Source: Amphiscolops sp. MND2022
Lineage: Eukaryota
Assembly (NCBI GenBank): GCA_964187785.1
Contig: OZ076409.1
Span: 38,876,001-38,940,000, forward strand
Length of the DNA: 64,000 nt
Direction of reading: 5' to 3'
The notes under the pieces were generated by a model that was given only the letters and a program-made list of their open reading frames with translations, searched no databases and had not been told where the DNA came from. The stretch's first letter is position 1. Each line of letters opens with the position of its first letter. Both the position numbers and the translations under genes were made by a program. This document shows, piece by piece, positions 25,475 through 39,032 of the stretch.

Positions 25475-26131
25475 ATGAGCGAAGAAGAGACATTACAACC
25501 AACAGTTATTGGTATTTTGGGGAATGATACCTCGGAAATGATCGATCGACAACTAGCTGAAATGTCAACTTTTGACCTGAATACCACCTCAGATCTCGGG
25601 GTACAACTCTCCCCTGCCGCTGATCTTCCGGCGGCAACTTCTACACAGGTTGAAGTTCCTCTAGAAGAAGAACCAACCCATGGGCAGGCCAATTTGACTT
25701 CCAAACGGCGAAAAATTCACAAAAAAACATCGAAGGAAGCAGTACGTGACTGTTCAATTTGCCGCAAAAAAGTCGCAAAAATAGGACAGCACCTTGACAA
25801 AGTGCATAGAAACCTTCTACCAGAGCACCGGAAGTTCCTGATGTCGTTCTATTCTACTAAAAACGCCCGCGGTCCAGTTTCACAGTGTGTCAATTGCCCT
25901 TTGAGGATGACGAATCCCAGGAGACACAATAATGATTTTCCTCGACACATCATCCTGAAGGTCAGAAATAAGGAATCAGATGAAGAATTCCCACCCCAGA
26001 TACGGGAGTTGTCAGAAAGAAATGATTTAGGGCCTAAATCTGCTGAATTGTTGGAGGAGTATTCCAAAAAAGGACTTACTTGCCATCAGACATTGATAAT
26101 CAGAGACGCTGTGTGCAGTATCGAAAATTAA
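25475..26131 (+). CDS. Zinc-finger ORF, unit 2
   Basis: Copy of unit 1 ORF, CSICRKKVAKIGQHLDKVH. Confidence 0.55.
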   Translation: MSEEETLQPTVIGILGNDTSEMIDRQLAEMSTFDLNTTSDLGVQLSPAADLPAATSTQVEVPLEEEPTHGQANLTSKRRKIHKKTSKEAVRDCSICRKKVAKIGQHLDKVHRNLLPEHRKFLMSFYSTKNARGPVSQCVNCPLRMTNPRRHNNDFPRHIILKVRNKESDEEFPPQIRELSERNDLGPKSAELLEEYSKKGLTCHQTLIIRDAVCSIEN

Positions 26132-27320
26132 ACCGAAGAGGACTATATGGATACCCCGTCATAACCGGACCCCAATGATGCACAAATACCTCAGCATGAA
26201 CTAGAAGGTCTCAGCCCCTTATGTTCGAGGACAATTGAAGACGATGACGCATATATAACAGACCCTTTGAATACATCCCCGTCCGAGAATACACTTGGGA
26301 CTTTGGTTACAGCACCTCAAAGAGGTGTTTGTGCTAGCACAAACTCGAATTCTTGGTTGTCATTTTGTAGCACTTTTTCCCCCAGTTCAGTTAAAACTAG
26401 AACACGAATAATAACAGTTCCTGGAAGGTTTGTCAAAACAGAAACTCGAGTGAATCCTATTTTGAAGAATTGCACTGAAGAATGCGAATGTTCAAGGGCC
26501 CACGAGATCCACTGCATGCAAGCATAATTCGTTTTTTTTGGTCTCCTGAGCAAAGTAGATGGCAAATTGTCCAAATCAGAGATTAGGAACCTCATGCTGC
26601 CAATGAAAATGAATTTGAAGGACCAAAAAGCTGTGCTCACCAAAGTGTACTGACAATAAAATAACTTTTGCTAGCATTTGGACCTTTAAACTATTAGTTC
26701 CGTCCAACCAAAACTTTATTCAAACTTTCATTTAATGTTACGGATTGGTTTTGCATTCATTCCAATGTTCAAGTCTTGGTATTTGTTGATATAACTGAAG
26801 AAACATTCCCATGTTTCTCTTTTTTTGATGTAAACCCAGGATCTCTAATTTTCCTAGCTGGTACACAGCGTCTCGATTTTTTAAACTCAAAACCATAAAC
26901 GAAAGGTATCTCGAAACTGACGTTGTACGTGGCGAATACGTTCCCTAGGCGAACTTTAAATTCATGGTTGGACTGTTGATACAACCAACTTTTGCACCGT
27001 ACTTGAAGTCTCCGATTTTCATTTTGCTGTACACAGAGTACTACATTTTCACAAATTTTGTACGCCGAGTCTCCATTTTTTGCATTTTCAAGCTGATTAC
27101 TCCGTTTTTTAAACGGCTCTCAAATTTCTCCTAAAACTCGTCGTAGCAACGTCAGATTTCGTCTGTGGGTCAAAAAGTAAGTTTACTAGAATAGCCGAAC
27201 ATAAAAAACGATAATCGTTTGCTATTTTTTGTAACAAAACCAAGGAAAAGCACCTGAAAATTGGGACCCTGTACATACATTCTCTAATGATCGAGGGCCG
27301 ATACACAGCGTCTATAATGG

Positions 27321-27361
<41 letters not shown>

Positions 27362-27903
27362 GGAGATCCATCGTAGTCCTAAAGTATCTCGGGAGTGTAC
27401 ACTGAGTCTCCAAAACACCCAAAACCCTATGTACCAGAAATCTCACGGAAAATTTATTAGGTTTTTTTTCGAACTCCCTATTTTTGATCCCGCCAATAAA
27501 TTACAAATTTTAATGGAATTCCACAAGCAAAAAAACAGGCGGTTCCCATCAAATCTCAAAAAATGCCATTTTGAAGATCCTAGACTACTTGTATAATTTT
27601 GGACTAATCGGAGACTCATTGTACAACAACACTTTCGACTAAAGTCGCAACTTTTCTTCAGCGTCTACTTTTAATTTTCCCCTCAAAGGAAGTGCTAGCA
27701 CGTGTGAACGTGTATAGTTACTTTGAGTCAAATAATATTGGCAGGTGTGAAAATTTCGAGTCTTTTTCTATTTCAGAGACGCTGTGTACACTTATTAAAT
27801 TATTGACAGGTGTCATTTTCTCTTACAGCTTCCTACTGATTAGTCGGTTTAAAATTTTGAACGAAAAATTGTTTTCTGGTTATAGTTGTTCCAATACATT
27901 ACC

Positions 27904-28560
27904 ATGAGCGAAGAAGAGACATTACAACCAACAGTTATTGGTATTTTGGGGAATGATACCTCGGAAATGATCGATCGACAACTAGCTGAAATGTCAACTT
28001 TTGACCTGAATACCACCTCAGATCTCGGGGTACAACTCTCCCCTGCCGCTGATCTTCCGGCGGCAACTTCTACACAGGTTGAAGTTCCTCTAGAAGAAGA
28101 ACCAACCCATGGGCAGGCCAATTTGACTTCCAAACGGCGAAAAATTCACAAAAAAACATCGAAGGAAGCAGTACGTGACTGTTCAATTTGCCGCAAAAAA
28201 GTCGCAAAAATAGGACAGCACCTTGACAAAGTGCATAGAAACCTTCTACCAGAGCACCGGAAGTTCCTGATGTCGTTCTATTCTACTAAAAACGCCCGCG
28301 GTCCAGTTTCACAGTGTGTCAATTGCCCTTTGATGATGACGAATCCCAGGAGACACAATAATGATTTTCCTCGACACATCATCCTGAAGGTCAGAAATAA
28401 GGAATCAGATGAAGAATTCCCACCCCAGATACGGGAGTTGTCAGAAAGAAATGATTTAGGGCCTAAATCTGCTGAATTGTTGGAGGAGTATTCCAAAAAA
28501 GGACTTACTTGCCATCAGACATTGATAATCAGAGACGCTGTGTGCAGTATCGAAAATTAA
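27904..28560 (+). CDS. Zinc-finger ORF, unit 3
   Basis: Near-identical to unit 2. Confidence 0.55.
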   Translation: MSEEETLQPTVIGILGNDTSEMIDRQLAEMSTFDLNTTSDLGVQLSPAADLPAATSTQVEVPLEEEPTHGQANLTSKRRKIHKKTSKEAVRDCSICRKKVAKIGQHLDKVHRNLLPEHRKFLMSFYSTKNARGPVSQCVNCPLMMTNPRRHNNDFPRHIILKVRNKESDEEFPPQIRELSERNDLGPKSAELLEEYSKKGLTCHQTLIIRDAVCSIEN

Positions 28561-29750
28561 ACCGAAGAGGACTATATGGATACCCCGTCATAACCGGACC
28601 CCAATGATGCACAAATACCTCAGCATGAACTAGAAGGTCTCAGCCCCTTATGTTCGAGGACAATTGAAGACGATGACGCATATATAACAGACCCTTTGAA
28701 TACATCCCCGTCCGAGAATACACTTGGGACTTTGGTTACAGCACCTCAAAGAGGTGTTTGTGCTAGCACAAACTCGAATTCTTGGTTGTCATTTTGTAGC
28801 ACTTTTTCCCCCAGTTCAGTTAAAACTAGAACACGAATAATAACAGTTCCTGGAAGGTTTGTCAAAACAGAAACTCGAGTGAATCCTATTTTGAAGAATT
28901 GCACTGAAGAATGCGAATGTTCAAGGGCCCACGAGATCCACTGCATGCAAGCATAATTCGTTTTTTTTTGGTCTCCTGAGCAAAGTAGATGGCAAATTGT
29001 CCAAATCAGAGATTAGGAACCTCATGCTGCCAATGAAAATGAATTTGAAGGACCAAAAAGCTGTGCTCACCAAAGTGTACTGACAATAAAATAACTTTTG
29101 CTAGCATTTGGACCTTTAAACTATTAGTTCCGTCCAACCAAAACTTTATTCAAACTTTCATTTAATGTTACGGATTGGTTTTGCATTCATTCCAATGTTC
29201 AAGTCTTGGTATTTGTTGATATAACTGAAGAAACATTCCCATGTTTCTCTTTTTTTGATGTAAACCCAGGATCTCTAATTTTCCTAGCTGGTACACAGCG
29301 TCTCGATTTTTTAAACTCAAAACCATAAACGAAAGGTATCTCGAAACTGACGTTGTACGTGGCGAATACGTTCCCTAGGCGAACTTTAAATTCATGGTTG
29401 GACTGTTGATACAACCAACTTTTGCACCGTACTTGAAGTCTCCGATTTTCATTTTGCTGTACACAGAGTACTACATTTTCACAAATTTTGTACGCCGAGT
29501 CTCCATTTTTTGCATTTTCAAGCTGATTACTCCGTTTTTTAAACGGCTCTCAAATTTCTCCTAAAACTCGTCGTAGCAACGTCAGATTTCGTCTGTGGGT
29601 CAAAAAGTAAGTTTACTAGAATAGCCGAACATAAAAAACGATAATCGTTTGCTATTTTTTGTAACAAAACCAAGGAAAAGCACCTGAAAATTGGGACCCT
29701 GTACATACATTCTCTAATGATCGAGGGCCGATACACAGCGTCTATAATGG

Positions 29751-29782
<32 letters not shown>

Positions 29783-30324
29783 GGAGATCCATCGTAGTCC
29801 TAAAGTATCTCGGGAGTGTACACTGAGTCTCCAAAACACCCAAAACCCTATGTACCAGAAATCTCACGGAAAATTTATTAGGTTTTTTTTCGAACTCCCT
29901 ATTTTTGATCCCGCCAATAAATTACAAATTTTAATGGAATTCCACAAGCAAAAAAACAGGCGGTTCCCATCAAATCTCAAAAAATGCCATTTTGAAGATC
30001 CTAGACTACTTGTATAATTTTGGACTAATCGGAGACTCATTGTACAACAACACTTTCGACTAAAGTCGCAACTTTTCTTCAGCGTCTACTTTTAATTTTC
30101 CCCTCAAAGGAAGTGCTAGCACGTGTGAACGTGTATAGTTACTTTGAGTCAAATAATATTGGCAGGTGTGAAAATTTCGAGTCTTTTTCTATTTCAGAGA
30201 CGCTGTGTACACTTATTAAATTATTGACAGGTGTCATTTTCTCTTACAGCTTCCTACTGATTAGTCGGTTTAAAATTTTGAACGAAAAATTGTTTTCTGG
30301 TTATAGTTGTTCCAATACATTACC

Positions 30325-30981
30325 ATGAGCGAAGAAGAGACATCACAACCAACAGTTATTGGTATTTTGGGGAATGATACCTCGGAAATGATCGATCGAC
30401 AACTAGCTGAAATGTCAACTTTTGACCTGAATACCACCTCAGATCTCGGGGTACAACTCTCCCCTGCCGCTGATCTTCCGGCGGCAACTTCTACACAGGT
30501 TGAAGTTCCTCTAGAAGAAGAACCAACCCATGGGCAGGCCAATTTGACTTCCAAACGGCGAAAAATTCACAAAAAAACATCGAAGGAAGCAGTACGTGAC
30601 TGTTCAATTTGCCGCAAAAAAGTCGCAAAAATAGGACAGCACCTTGACAAAGTGCATAGAAACCTTCTACCAGAGCACCGGAAGTTCCTGATGTCGTTCT
30701 ATTCTACTAAAAACGCCCGCAGTCCAGTTTCACAGTGTGTCAATTGCCCTTTGAGGATGACGAATCCCAGGAGACACAATAATGATTTTCCTCGACACAT
30801 CATCCTGAAGGTCAGAAATAAGGAATCAGATGAAGAATTCCCACCCCAGATACGGGAGTTGTCAGAAAGAAATGATTTAGGGCCTAAATCTGCTGAATTG
30901 TTGGAGGAGTATTCCAAAAAAGGACTTACTTGCCATCAGACATTGATAATCAGAGACGCTGTGTGCAGTATCGAAAATTAA
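30325..30981 (+). CDS. Zinc-finger ORF, unit 4
   Basis: Near-identical to unit 2. Confidence 0.55.
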   Translation: MSEEETSQPTVIGILGNDTSEMIDRQLAEMSTFDLNTTSDLGVQLSPAADLPAATSTQVEVPLEEEPTHGQANLTSKRRKIHKKTSKEAVRDCSICRKKVAKIGQHLDKVHRNLLPEHRKFLMSFYSTKNARSPVSQCVNCPLRMTNPRRHNNDFPRHIILKVRNKESDEEFPPQIRELSERNDLGPKSAELLEEYSKKGLTCHQTLIIRDAVCSIEN

Positions 30982-32171
30982 ACCGAAGAGGACTATATGG
31001 ATACCCCGTCATAACCGGACCCCAATGATGCACAAATACCTCAGCATGAACTAGAAGGTCTCAGCCCCTTATGTTCGAGGACAATTGAAGACGATGACGC
31101 ATATATAACAGACCCTTTGAATACATCCCCGTCCGAGAATACACTTGGGACTTTGGTTACAGCACCTCAAAGAGGTGTTTGTGCTAGCACAAACTCGAAT
31201 TCTTGGTTGTCATTTTGTAGCACTTTTTCCCCCAGTTCAGTTAAAACTAGAACACGAATAATAACAGTTCCTGGAAGGTTTGTCAAAACAGAAACTCGAG
31301 TGAATCCTATTTTGAAGAATTGCACTGAAGAATGCGAATGTTCAAGGGCCCACGAGATCCACTGCATGCAAGCATAATTCGTTTTTTTTTGGTCTCCTGA
31401 GCAAAGTAGATGGCAAATTGTCCAAATCAGAGATTAGGAACCTCATGCTGCCAATGAAAATGAATTTGAAGGACCAAAAAGCTGTGCTCACCAAAGTGTA
31501 CTGACAATAAAATAACTTTTGCTAGCATTTGGACCTTTAAACTATTAGTTCCGTCCAACCAAAACTTTATTCAAACTTTCATTTAATGTTACGGATTGGT
31601 TTTGCATTCATTCCAATGTTCAAGTCTTGGTATTTGTTGATATAACTGAAGAAACATTCCCATGTTTCTCTTTTTTTGATGTAAACCCAGGATCTCTAAT
31701 TTTCCTAGCTGGTACACAGCGTCTCGATTTTTTAAACTCAAAACCATAAACGAAAGGTATCTCGAAACTGACGTTGTACGTGGCGAATACGTTCCCTAGG
31801 CGAACTTTAAATTCATGGTTGGACTGTTGATACAACCAACTTTTGCACCGTACTTGAAGTCTCCGATTTTCATTTTGCTGTACACAGAGTACTACATTTT
31901 CACAAATTTTGTACGCCGAGTCTCCATTTTTTGCATTTTCAAGCTGATTACTCCGTTTTTTAAACGGCTCTCAAATTTCTCCTAAAACTCGTCGTAGCAA
32001 CGTCAGATTTCGTCTGTGGGTCAAAAAGTAAGTTTACTAGAATAGCCGAACATAAAAAACGATAATCGTTTGCTATTTTTTGTAACAAAACCAAGGAAAA
32101 GCACCTGAAAATTGGGACCCTGTACATACATTCTCTAATGATCGAGGGCCGATACACAGCGTCTATAATGG

Positions 32172-32214
<43 letters not shown>

Positions 32215-32784
32215 TATCATCATCATCATCATCATGATCATCGGAGATCCATCGTAGTCCTAAAGTTTTCCCGGAGTGTACACTGAGTCTCCAAAACACC
32301 CAAAACCCTATGTACCAGAAATCTCACGGAAAATTTTATATGTTTTTTTTCGAACTCCCTACATTTGATCCCGCCAATAAATTAAAAATTTCAACAGTAC
32401 TCCACAAGCAAAAAAACAGGCGGTTCCCATCAAAGCTCAAAAAATGACATTTTGAATATCCTAGACTACTTGTAAAATTTTGGACTAATCGGAGATTCAT
32501 TGTACAACAACACTTTCGACTAAAGTCGCAACTTTTCTTCAGCGTCTACTTTTAATTTTCCCCTCAAAGGAAGTGCTAGCACGTGCGAACGAGTATAGTT
32601 ACTTTGAGTCAAATAATATTAGCAGGTGTGAAAATTTCGAGTCTTTTTCTATTTCAGAGCCGCTGTGTACACTTATTAAATTATTGACAGGTGTCATTTT
32701 CTCTTACAGCTTCCTACTGATTAGTCGGTCTAAAATTTTGAACGAAAAATTGTTTTCTGGTTATAGTTGTTCCAATACATTAGC

Positions 32785-33438
32785 ATGAGCGAAGAAGAGA
32801 CATTACAACCAATAGTTATTGGTATTTTGGGGAATGATACCTCGGAAATGATCGATCGACAACTAGCTGAAATGTCAACTTTTGACCTGAATACCACCTC
32901 AGATCTCGGGGTACAACTCTCCCCTGCCGCTGATCTTCCGGCGGCAACTTCTACACAGGTTGAAATTCCTCTAGAAGAACCAACCCATGGGCAGGCCAAT
33001 TTGACTTCCAAACGGCGAAAAATTCACAAAAAAACATTGAAGGAATCAGTACGTGACTGTTCAATTTGCCGCAAAAAAGTCGCAAAAATAGGACAGCACC
33101 TTGACAAAGTGCATAGAAACCTTCTACCAGAGCACCGGAAGTTCCTGATGTCGTTCTATTCTACTAAAAACGCCCGCGGTCCAGTTTCACAGTGTGTCAA
33201 TTGCCCTTTGAGGATGACGAATCCCAGGAGACACAATAATGATTTTCCTCGACACATCATCCTGAAGGTCAGAAATAAGGAATCAGATGAAGAATTCCCA
33301 CCCCAGATACGGGAGTTGTCAGAAAGAAATGATTTAGGGCCTAAATCTGCTGAATTGTTGGAGGAGTATTCCAAAAAAGGACTTACTTGCCATCAGACAT
33401 TGATAATCAGAGACGCTGTGTGCAGTATCGAAAATTAA
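32785..33438 (+). CDS. Zinc-finger ORF, unit 5
   Basis: As unit 2 with one in-frame codon deletion and a few substitutions. Confidence 0.55.
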   Translation: MSEEETLQPIVIGILGNDTSEMIDRQLAEMSTFDLNTTSDLGVQLSPAADLPAATSTQVEIPLEEPTHGQANLTSKRRKIHKKTLKESVRDCSICRKKVAKIGQHLDKVHRNLLPEHRKFLMSFYSTKNARGPVSQCVNCPLRMTNPRRHNNDFPRHIILKVRNKESDEEFPPQIRELSERNDLGPKSAELLEEYSKKGLTCHQTLIIRDAVCSIEN

Positions 33439-34629
33439 ACCGAAGAGGACTATATGGATACCCCGTCATAACCGGACCCCAATGATGCGCAAATACCTCA
33501 GCATGAACTAGAAGGTCTCAGCCCCTTATGTTCGAGGACAATTGAAGACGATGACGCATATATAACAGACCCTTTGAATACATCCCCGTCAGAGAATACA
33601 CTTGGGACTTTGGTTACAGCACCTCAAACAGGTGTTTGTGCTAACACAAACTCGAATTCTTGGTTGTCAACTTGTAGCACTTTTTCCCCCAGTTCAGTTA
33701 AAACTAGAACACGAATAATAACAGTTCCTGGAAGGTTTGTCAAAACAGAAACTCGAGTGAATCCTATTTTGAAGAATTGCACTGAAGAATGCGAATGTTC
33801 AAGGGCCCACGAGATCCACTGCATGCAAGCATAATTCGTTTTTTTTTGGTCTCCTGAGCAAAGTAGATGGCAAATTGTCCAAATCAGAGATTAGGAACCT
33901 CATGCTGCCAATGAAAATGAATTTGAAGGACCAAAAAGCTGTGCTCACCAAAGTGTACTGACAATAAAATAACTTTTGCTAGCATTTGGACCTTTAAACT
34001 ATTAGTTCCGTCCAACCAAAACTTTATTCAAACTTTCATTTAATGTTACGGATTGGTTTTGCATTCATTCCAGTGTTCAAGTCTTGGTATTTGTTGATAT
34101 AACTGAAGAAACATTCCCATGTTTCTCTTTTTTTGATGTAAACCCAGGATCTCTAATTTTCCTAGCTGGTACACAGCGTCTCGATTTTTTAAACTCAAAA
34201 CCATAAACGAAAGGTATCTCGAAACTGACGTTGTACGTGGCGAATACGTTCCCTAGGCGAACTTTAAATTCATGGTTGGACTGTTGATACAACCAACTTT
34301 TGCACCGTACTTGAAGTCTCCGATTTTCATTTTGCTGTACACAGAGTACTACATTTTCACAAATTTTGTACGCCGAGTCTCCATTTTTTGCATTTTCAAG
34401 CTGATTACTCCGTTTTTTAAACGGCTCTCAAATTTCTCCTGAAACTCGTCGTAGCAACGTCAGATTCCGTCTGTGGGTCAAAAATTAAGTTTACTAGAAT
34501 AGCCGAACATAAAAAACGATAATCGTTTGCTATTTTTTGTAACAAAACCAAGGAAAAGCACCTGAAAATTGGGACCCTGTACATACATTCTCTAATGATC
34601 GAGGGCCGATACACAGCGTCTATAATGGT

Positions 34630-34661
<32 letters not shown>

Positions 34662-34701
34662 TATAAAGAAAATTTCCAACATTACGGCGACTGAAGTTCT
34701 T

Positions 34702-37400
34702 CTATCTGTTTTTAATGTTTTCTGTGCATCCAATGGAAAGAGATTTGAGCTTTGGATTCGGCCGCTGGGCTACATTTTGCTCTTTTTTTAGAGGCACGTC
34801 GATATCTGTATCTACATCTCTTTTTTCTCCCAGTAACAGCAATGCTGTAAAGTTTCGCTTTCGCTTCTGTTTGTAGAAAGTCACCGAGCTTCTCTCACCA
34901 TAAAACTCCAACTTCTTATCAACTGGGTTTTTATCAGGCTCCAAATGATCAACAGAAACTTCCATTTTACCAAACGACCCATACTGAGTCGACATTGTTT
35001 TGAATAGTGTAGCCGGCCCATTGCAAGACCCATTGCACCAACTTGCTGTTGTTGGTATTCTCAAAGAACACATTTGCGTCATTGTCAATAGTGCGTTGTC
35101 TCTGAAACTATCTAGACCAATTGGGTCATCTCGTTTTGCAATCACCCTCAACTGAGCTCTTTCATTCATTTCATGTAGTAGGTTCTAGGTTCGAGATAGG
35201 TTCAATCTTCCAAGTTCTCAATTGCGTCTTATCAATGCCGTTAGCCTGTGCCACTGCGTGCATCTCAGAGTTTTCATCACCATTCCAATGGTTCCACACC
35301 TTACAACCACTCGGAATAGTTTCTTCAACAAGTTTTTCTCTTTGAAGTCAAAATCAGTTTTCTTTCCAAAATGTTCTTTCAGGGCTTGTGCTTGGTTTTT
35401 GGTGTTGCCATTCACTGATTCGTCCGGCTTCATCGCACCGTGGTATAGTTTTTGATATATGGATATTCCATTCAAATAATCATGCAGGGACAACTGTTGC
35501 TCATGCACAAACCCATAACCTTTAACAAATTCTAAACATTAGTTTCCTTCTTCAAGGAGTAGATTACTGTCATAAAATTTTGTCACTTTGAACAGAATCC
35601 CTTGCTGTACGTCCTGTGGTACGGTGGAAACTTCTGGACTCTCTTGCAGCAGCTCAAATTGCACGCGCGGTTCTTCCGAAGTTTCATTGTTCGATGCGAA
35701 TGCTAATCTTCTATGCTCTTTCATTGTTTCAGTTATTGTGTGTTCCAAGATCTCCTCTGTTTGTACTATCAGGTGGTCACTCACAAGCAAGTGAATTGCT
35801 TTTTCCAAAATTTGTGTGTATTCACGAGGAGAGTTTCCGAACGGGAGTTTTGCCAGCCATCGTCTACATCGAACCTTTGTGGTCAGTTCCTGCTCCGAGA
35901 AACTTCGAGGGTGTTTTGTTTGCCTCGTTTGCAGCATCTGACGTATTTGAGTTCTCAAGTGCTTCGCGTTTCATAATTTTGTCTCGCAACTTTCCATAGG
36001 TTGGACACATGTCTGAACAATTCAATCGCTCATGTTTCCATTTTTTCATTGTAGACTTTCCTCTTGTTGTCAAATCAAGATCATTGAGCGAAGCTTTCTT
36101 TCTTCTTTCTGGCCATAAGTTAGTCTTTACTTTTCAGCGCTTCATTGCGATCGCTTGAACTTTCTTTGCTCGAAGTTTGCCTTGTTTGAGTTTGCTTCAC
36201 AGTTGTCATTGTTGAACTATTTTGAACACTTTCTTGGTTCGAGCGCAAATGTGATCCAAAAATATTTTTTAAATGAATTCGCCCAAAACAGAGTTTTTTG
36301 CTTCTCAGGTGCGACTCTTTGCTCGTCATTCTGCTTATGTCTTTCAGAGAGTTAGCGCTTTGCCCACGAAGTTCAGTTCCTGTAAAAGGCTTTCTTGAGG
36401 TCGAGGATGCCTTGAAGGTCCGATAACATTCCTGCGGACCTTTGCATGGTTGCAATTGCTCCGTCACTTTCTGCAGTTGTCTCCATTTCACGCTAATTCT
36501 ATTTCGTGGTTGGCAACTTGTTTAGTCCTTGCGCTTTCGTGTTCAAGCTTAGCTATCTCGAGTTCTTCCGCGAGTATCCTCATATGCATCTCCTCTTGTT
36601 TCTTCCGAATCTCGGCTTGACGTTTCTTAGCAGCTAGTTGTTCATCAACTTCATCTTAATTCTTCATTGCTTCCAATTCTGGAAGAAGTATATGTCTTGC
36701 ATTTAATGACTTAGAACTAACTGTTGCTCTGTTGCTCTTCGAGGTTGCTTTGACTGACCCGTTGTTGCTTTGTTCGGGTAACACTTTCACATCATTGATT
36801 GAGTTAATCGCATCAGAGCTGTTGGATGCTCCAACAACCCGTCGTTTGTCATCAGTTACTCTGCTTGACGGTGCCAGTGATTGTTGTTCACTGGTTATTT
36901 CTTCTGAGTTATTGCGTTTCGTTGGATTGAAGCTACTTTGCTTGAGCTTCCTTGTTCGGGGGCATCTCAAGGCCGCCTTTGTAGAAGCTCCACTGGCCAT
37001 TTGTTTGCCTCATCTTTTGGACCCTTCAACATTGTCTTCACATCCGCAAACCAAAATCCACAGCTGGCTTCTAATTGTGCAAAGAATTCTTCCCATTTAG
37101 TGACTCTCCAACTGAGCTGTCGTTGCGTTTCTTCATTCGTGAGGTCCAACATGAGATGTACGTTATGCAACAATGCTTGTTCGTTTTGGCGATATTCGAA
37201 AGCCCGATCATTTAATTTTCCTTTGCAAAGAGCAGCGCCTTGCTCGTCAAGCATGTCATCCAACTCTTCGATCAGACTCCTTAGTCTTCCCACTTGGTTG
37301 GCTACAGCACCCACATAAAAGCGCCACACATACAAGTCGGAATTTTGTTCTCAATCTTTCGATCTGAGTTCCTCCAAATCTTTACTCTGCTTTGTGTTTC
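34702..37400 (-). pseudogene. Fragmented gag-like and unidentified coding remnants of the degenerate LTR element
   Basis: Chain of minus-strand ORFs broken by stops and frameshifts; Ser-rich then E/K/Q-rich coiled-coil segment arranged like the BEL Gag at 7061. Confidence 0.5.
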
Positions 37401-38364
37401 TTTGATGAAATACATTTGTATTTGAGAATGCGGCACCTCGAGTAATTCTCTCTTTCTGGCTTTCATTTGTTGAGAATGCAGTTTGTTGTTTAACTGAGGG
37501 CTTTAACTTCTCACTACACAACAGTTTCTTGTCGACTTTGTCACTTTCCCAACTTTAGCATTTTGGTTAGATCCGAAGTGTAAACTGCTCAACCCAATAA
37601 TTAATCGTCAGTCCTTGAAGAATCAACCCAATGCTGTCGATTATGCTTGCCTTCTTTGACGAAGTTGGTTGTTCCGGTGGATCTCGTTCCAATGACTCTT
37701 TCCCTTTGGTTTACTTGGCGGATACACTTGCAGCGACGTCTTACTTCAAACCTTTGTTTTCAATTAGGAATACGTATCCCAAGGATATAATTCGTCCGTG
37801 GAATTGAAGCACAATTGCCTCCAGAGTGCCGCTAAAGCCCAACTCCCAGAGTACACATCCAATCCAGTTCCAAATCGCCCAGTAGTCCAATGCAAAAGCC
37901 CCAGTGTACACTTTCCCAGAATTCCAATCACCAACTGTAGACCCACTCTCCACAGTTCTTGCTGATCGTTAATAGTCGTCTCAGCTACTTGTCGCGATTC
38001 CGTGCGGATGCGACGACCCTGGCAATACTTTTCGATTGCTGTGCGAACAGGATCACCCGTTGCAACTTCTTGGTTAGGAAGGCCCCCACAATTAGGTTTG
38101 TCCTCCCAGCTCTCTGGTTTGCCACAGAAACCAGCACGAAAGCTCTTTTCAAGCTTCGTTTCATTGTACAGATAGATGTTGTGTCATCCGTTTTATGTCT
38201 CTAATTGCTCATGTGTCTTCCACCGCAAATGTTATGCACACATGATGAAGACGACGTTCCTCTCGCAGTGTCCGCCCAGAATGATGTCCACTCCAACTGT
38301 TGATGTCCGCCCAATGTGGTAAGGTCCGCCCCAAAACTGATGATGTCCGGGTCGGCGGATCAAA

Positions 38365-39032
38365 TGTAACGGTCGAAAAGAGGTGAAGAAAGGAATTGGG
38401 AATAGATGTGGTCCTAAGACCCAACTTGAATACAGCTTTCCAATCGATTTGTGCCTAACTTGTTATTGTATACATATCGTTTACAAATATTTGATAAATA
38501 TAAGTCAAAATATGAAGTGTAATCAAATGACATTTAAAGCATGAATTGAAGTTATTGGCTAAGTAAACAAACTAGGTGGTGGTTCTATCACGGTTGTTGG
38601 GTGGGCTAGAAAGATGTTTATACAATGTAAATATCACCAATACCAATAGCATTACATATCCTTCAAGGACATGGGGTAAAATCACATAATAATTTGTATA
38701 TCAAAGTTTGGTTTTCATGGAGTCCGATGTAAGTCACCTTGGATGGAAATTGCTCGGAACCCAGGGAAGATACGGGCTTGGGCGTTCAAAGTGAAAAGTT
38801 GAGTTAGCACCTCTAGTATATACATGCTTTGTTTCAGGGTGCTTCTCCAAGAGTGGACAAGTGCTTCTCCAATAGAGGGGGTGAGGGGCCCTTTTGACTC
38901 AGGCCTATTCCTGCTGAAACTAGTAATTTTCCAACTAAAATCTTGACAAAGTTTCTAAGTGTTTCGAGTGATAAGTTTCATCAGTCATCTTCGAGTCTGA
39001 GTTCCTGAGCTTCCAACTGACTGGCGCCTACA
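38365..39032 (-). repeat. 5' LTR (668 bp) of the degenerate BEL-derived element
   Basis: Plus strand TGTAAC...CCTACA; right half repeated at 21449-21770. Confidence 0.72.
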
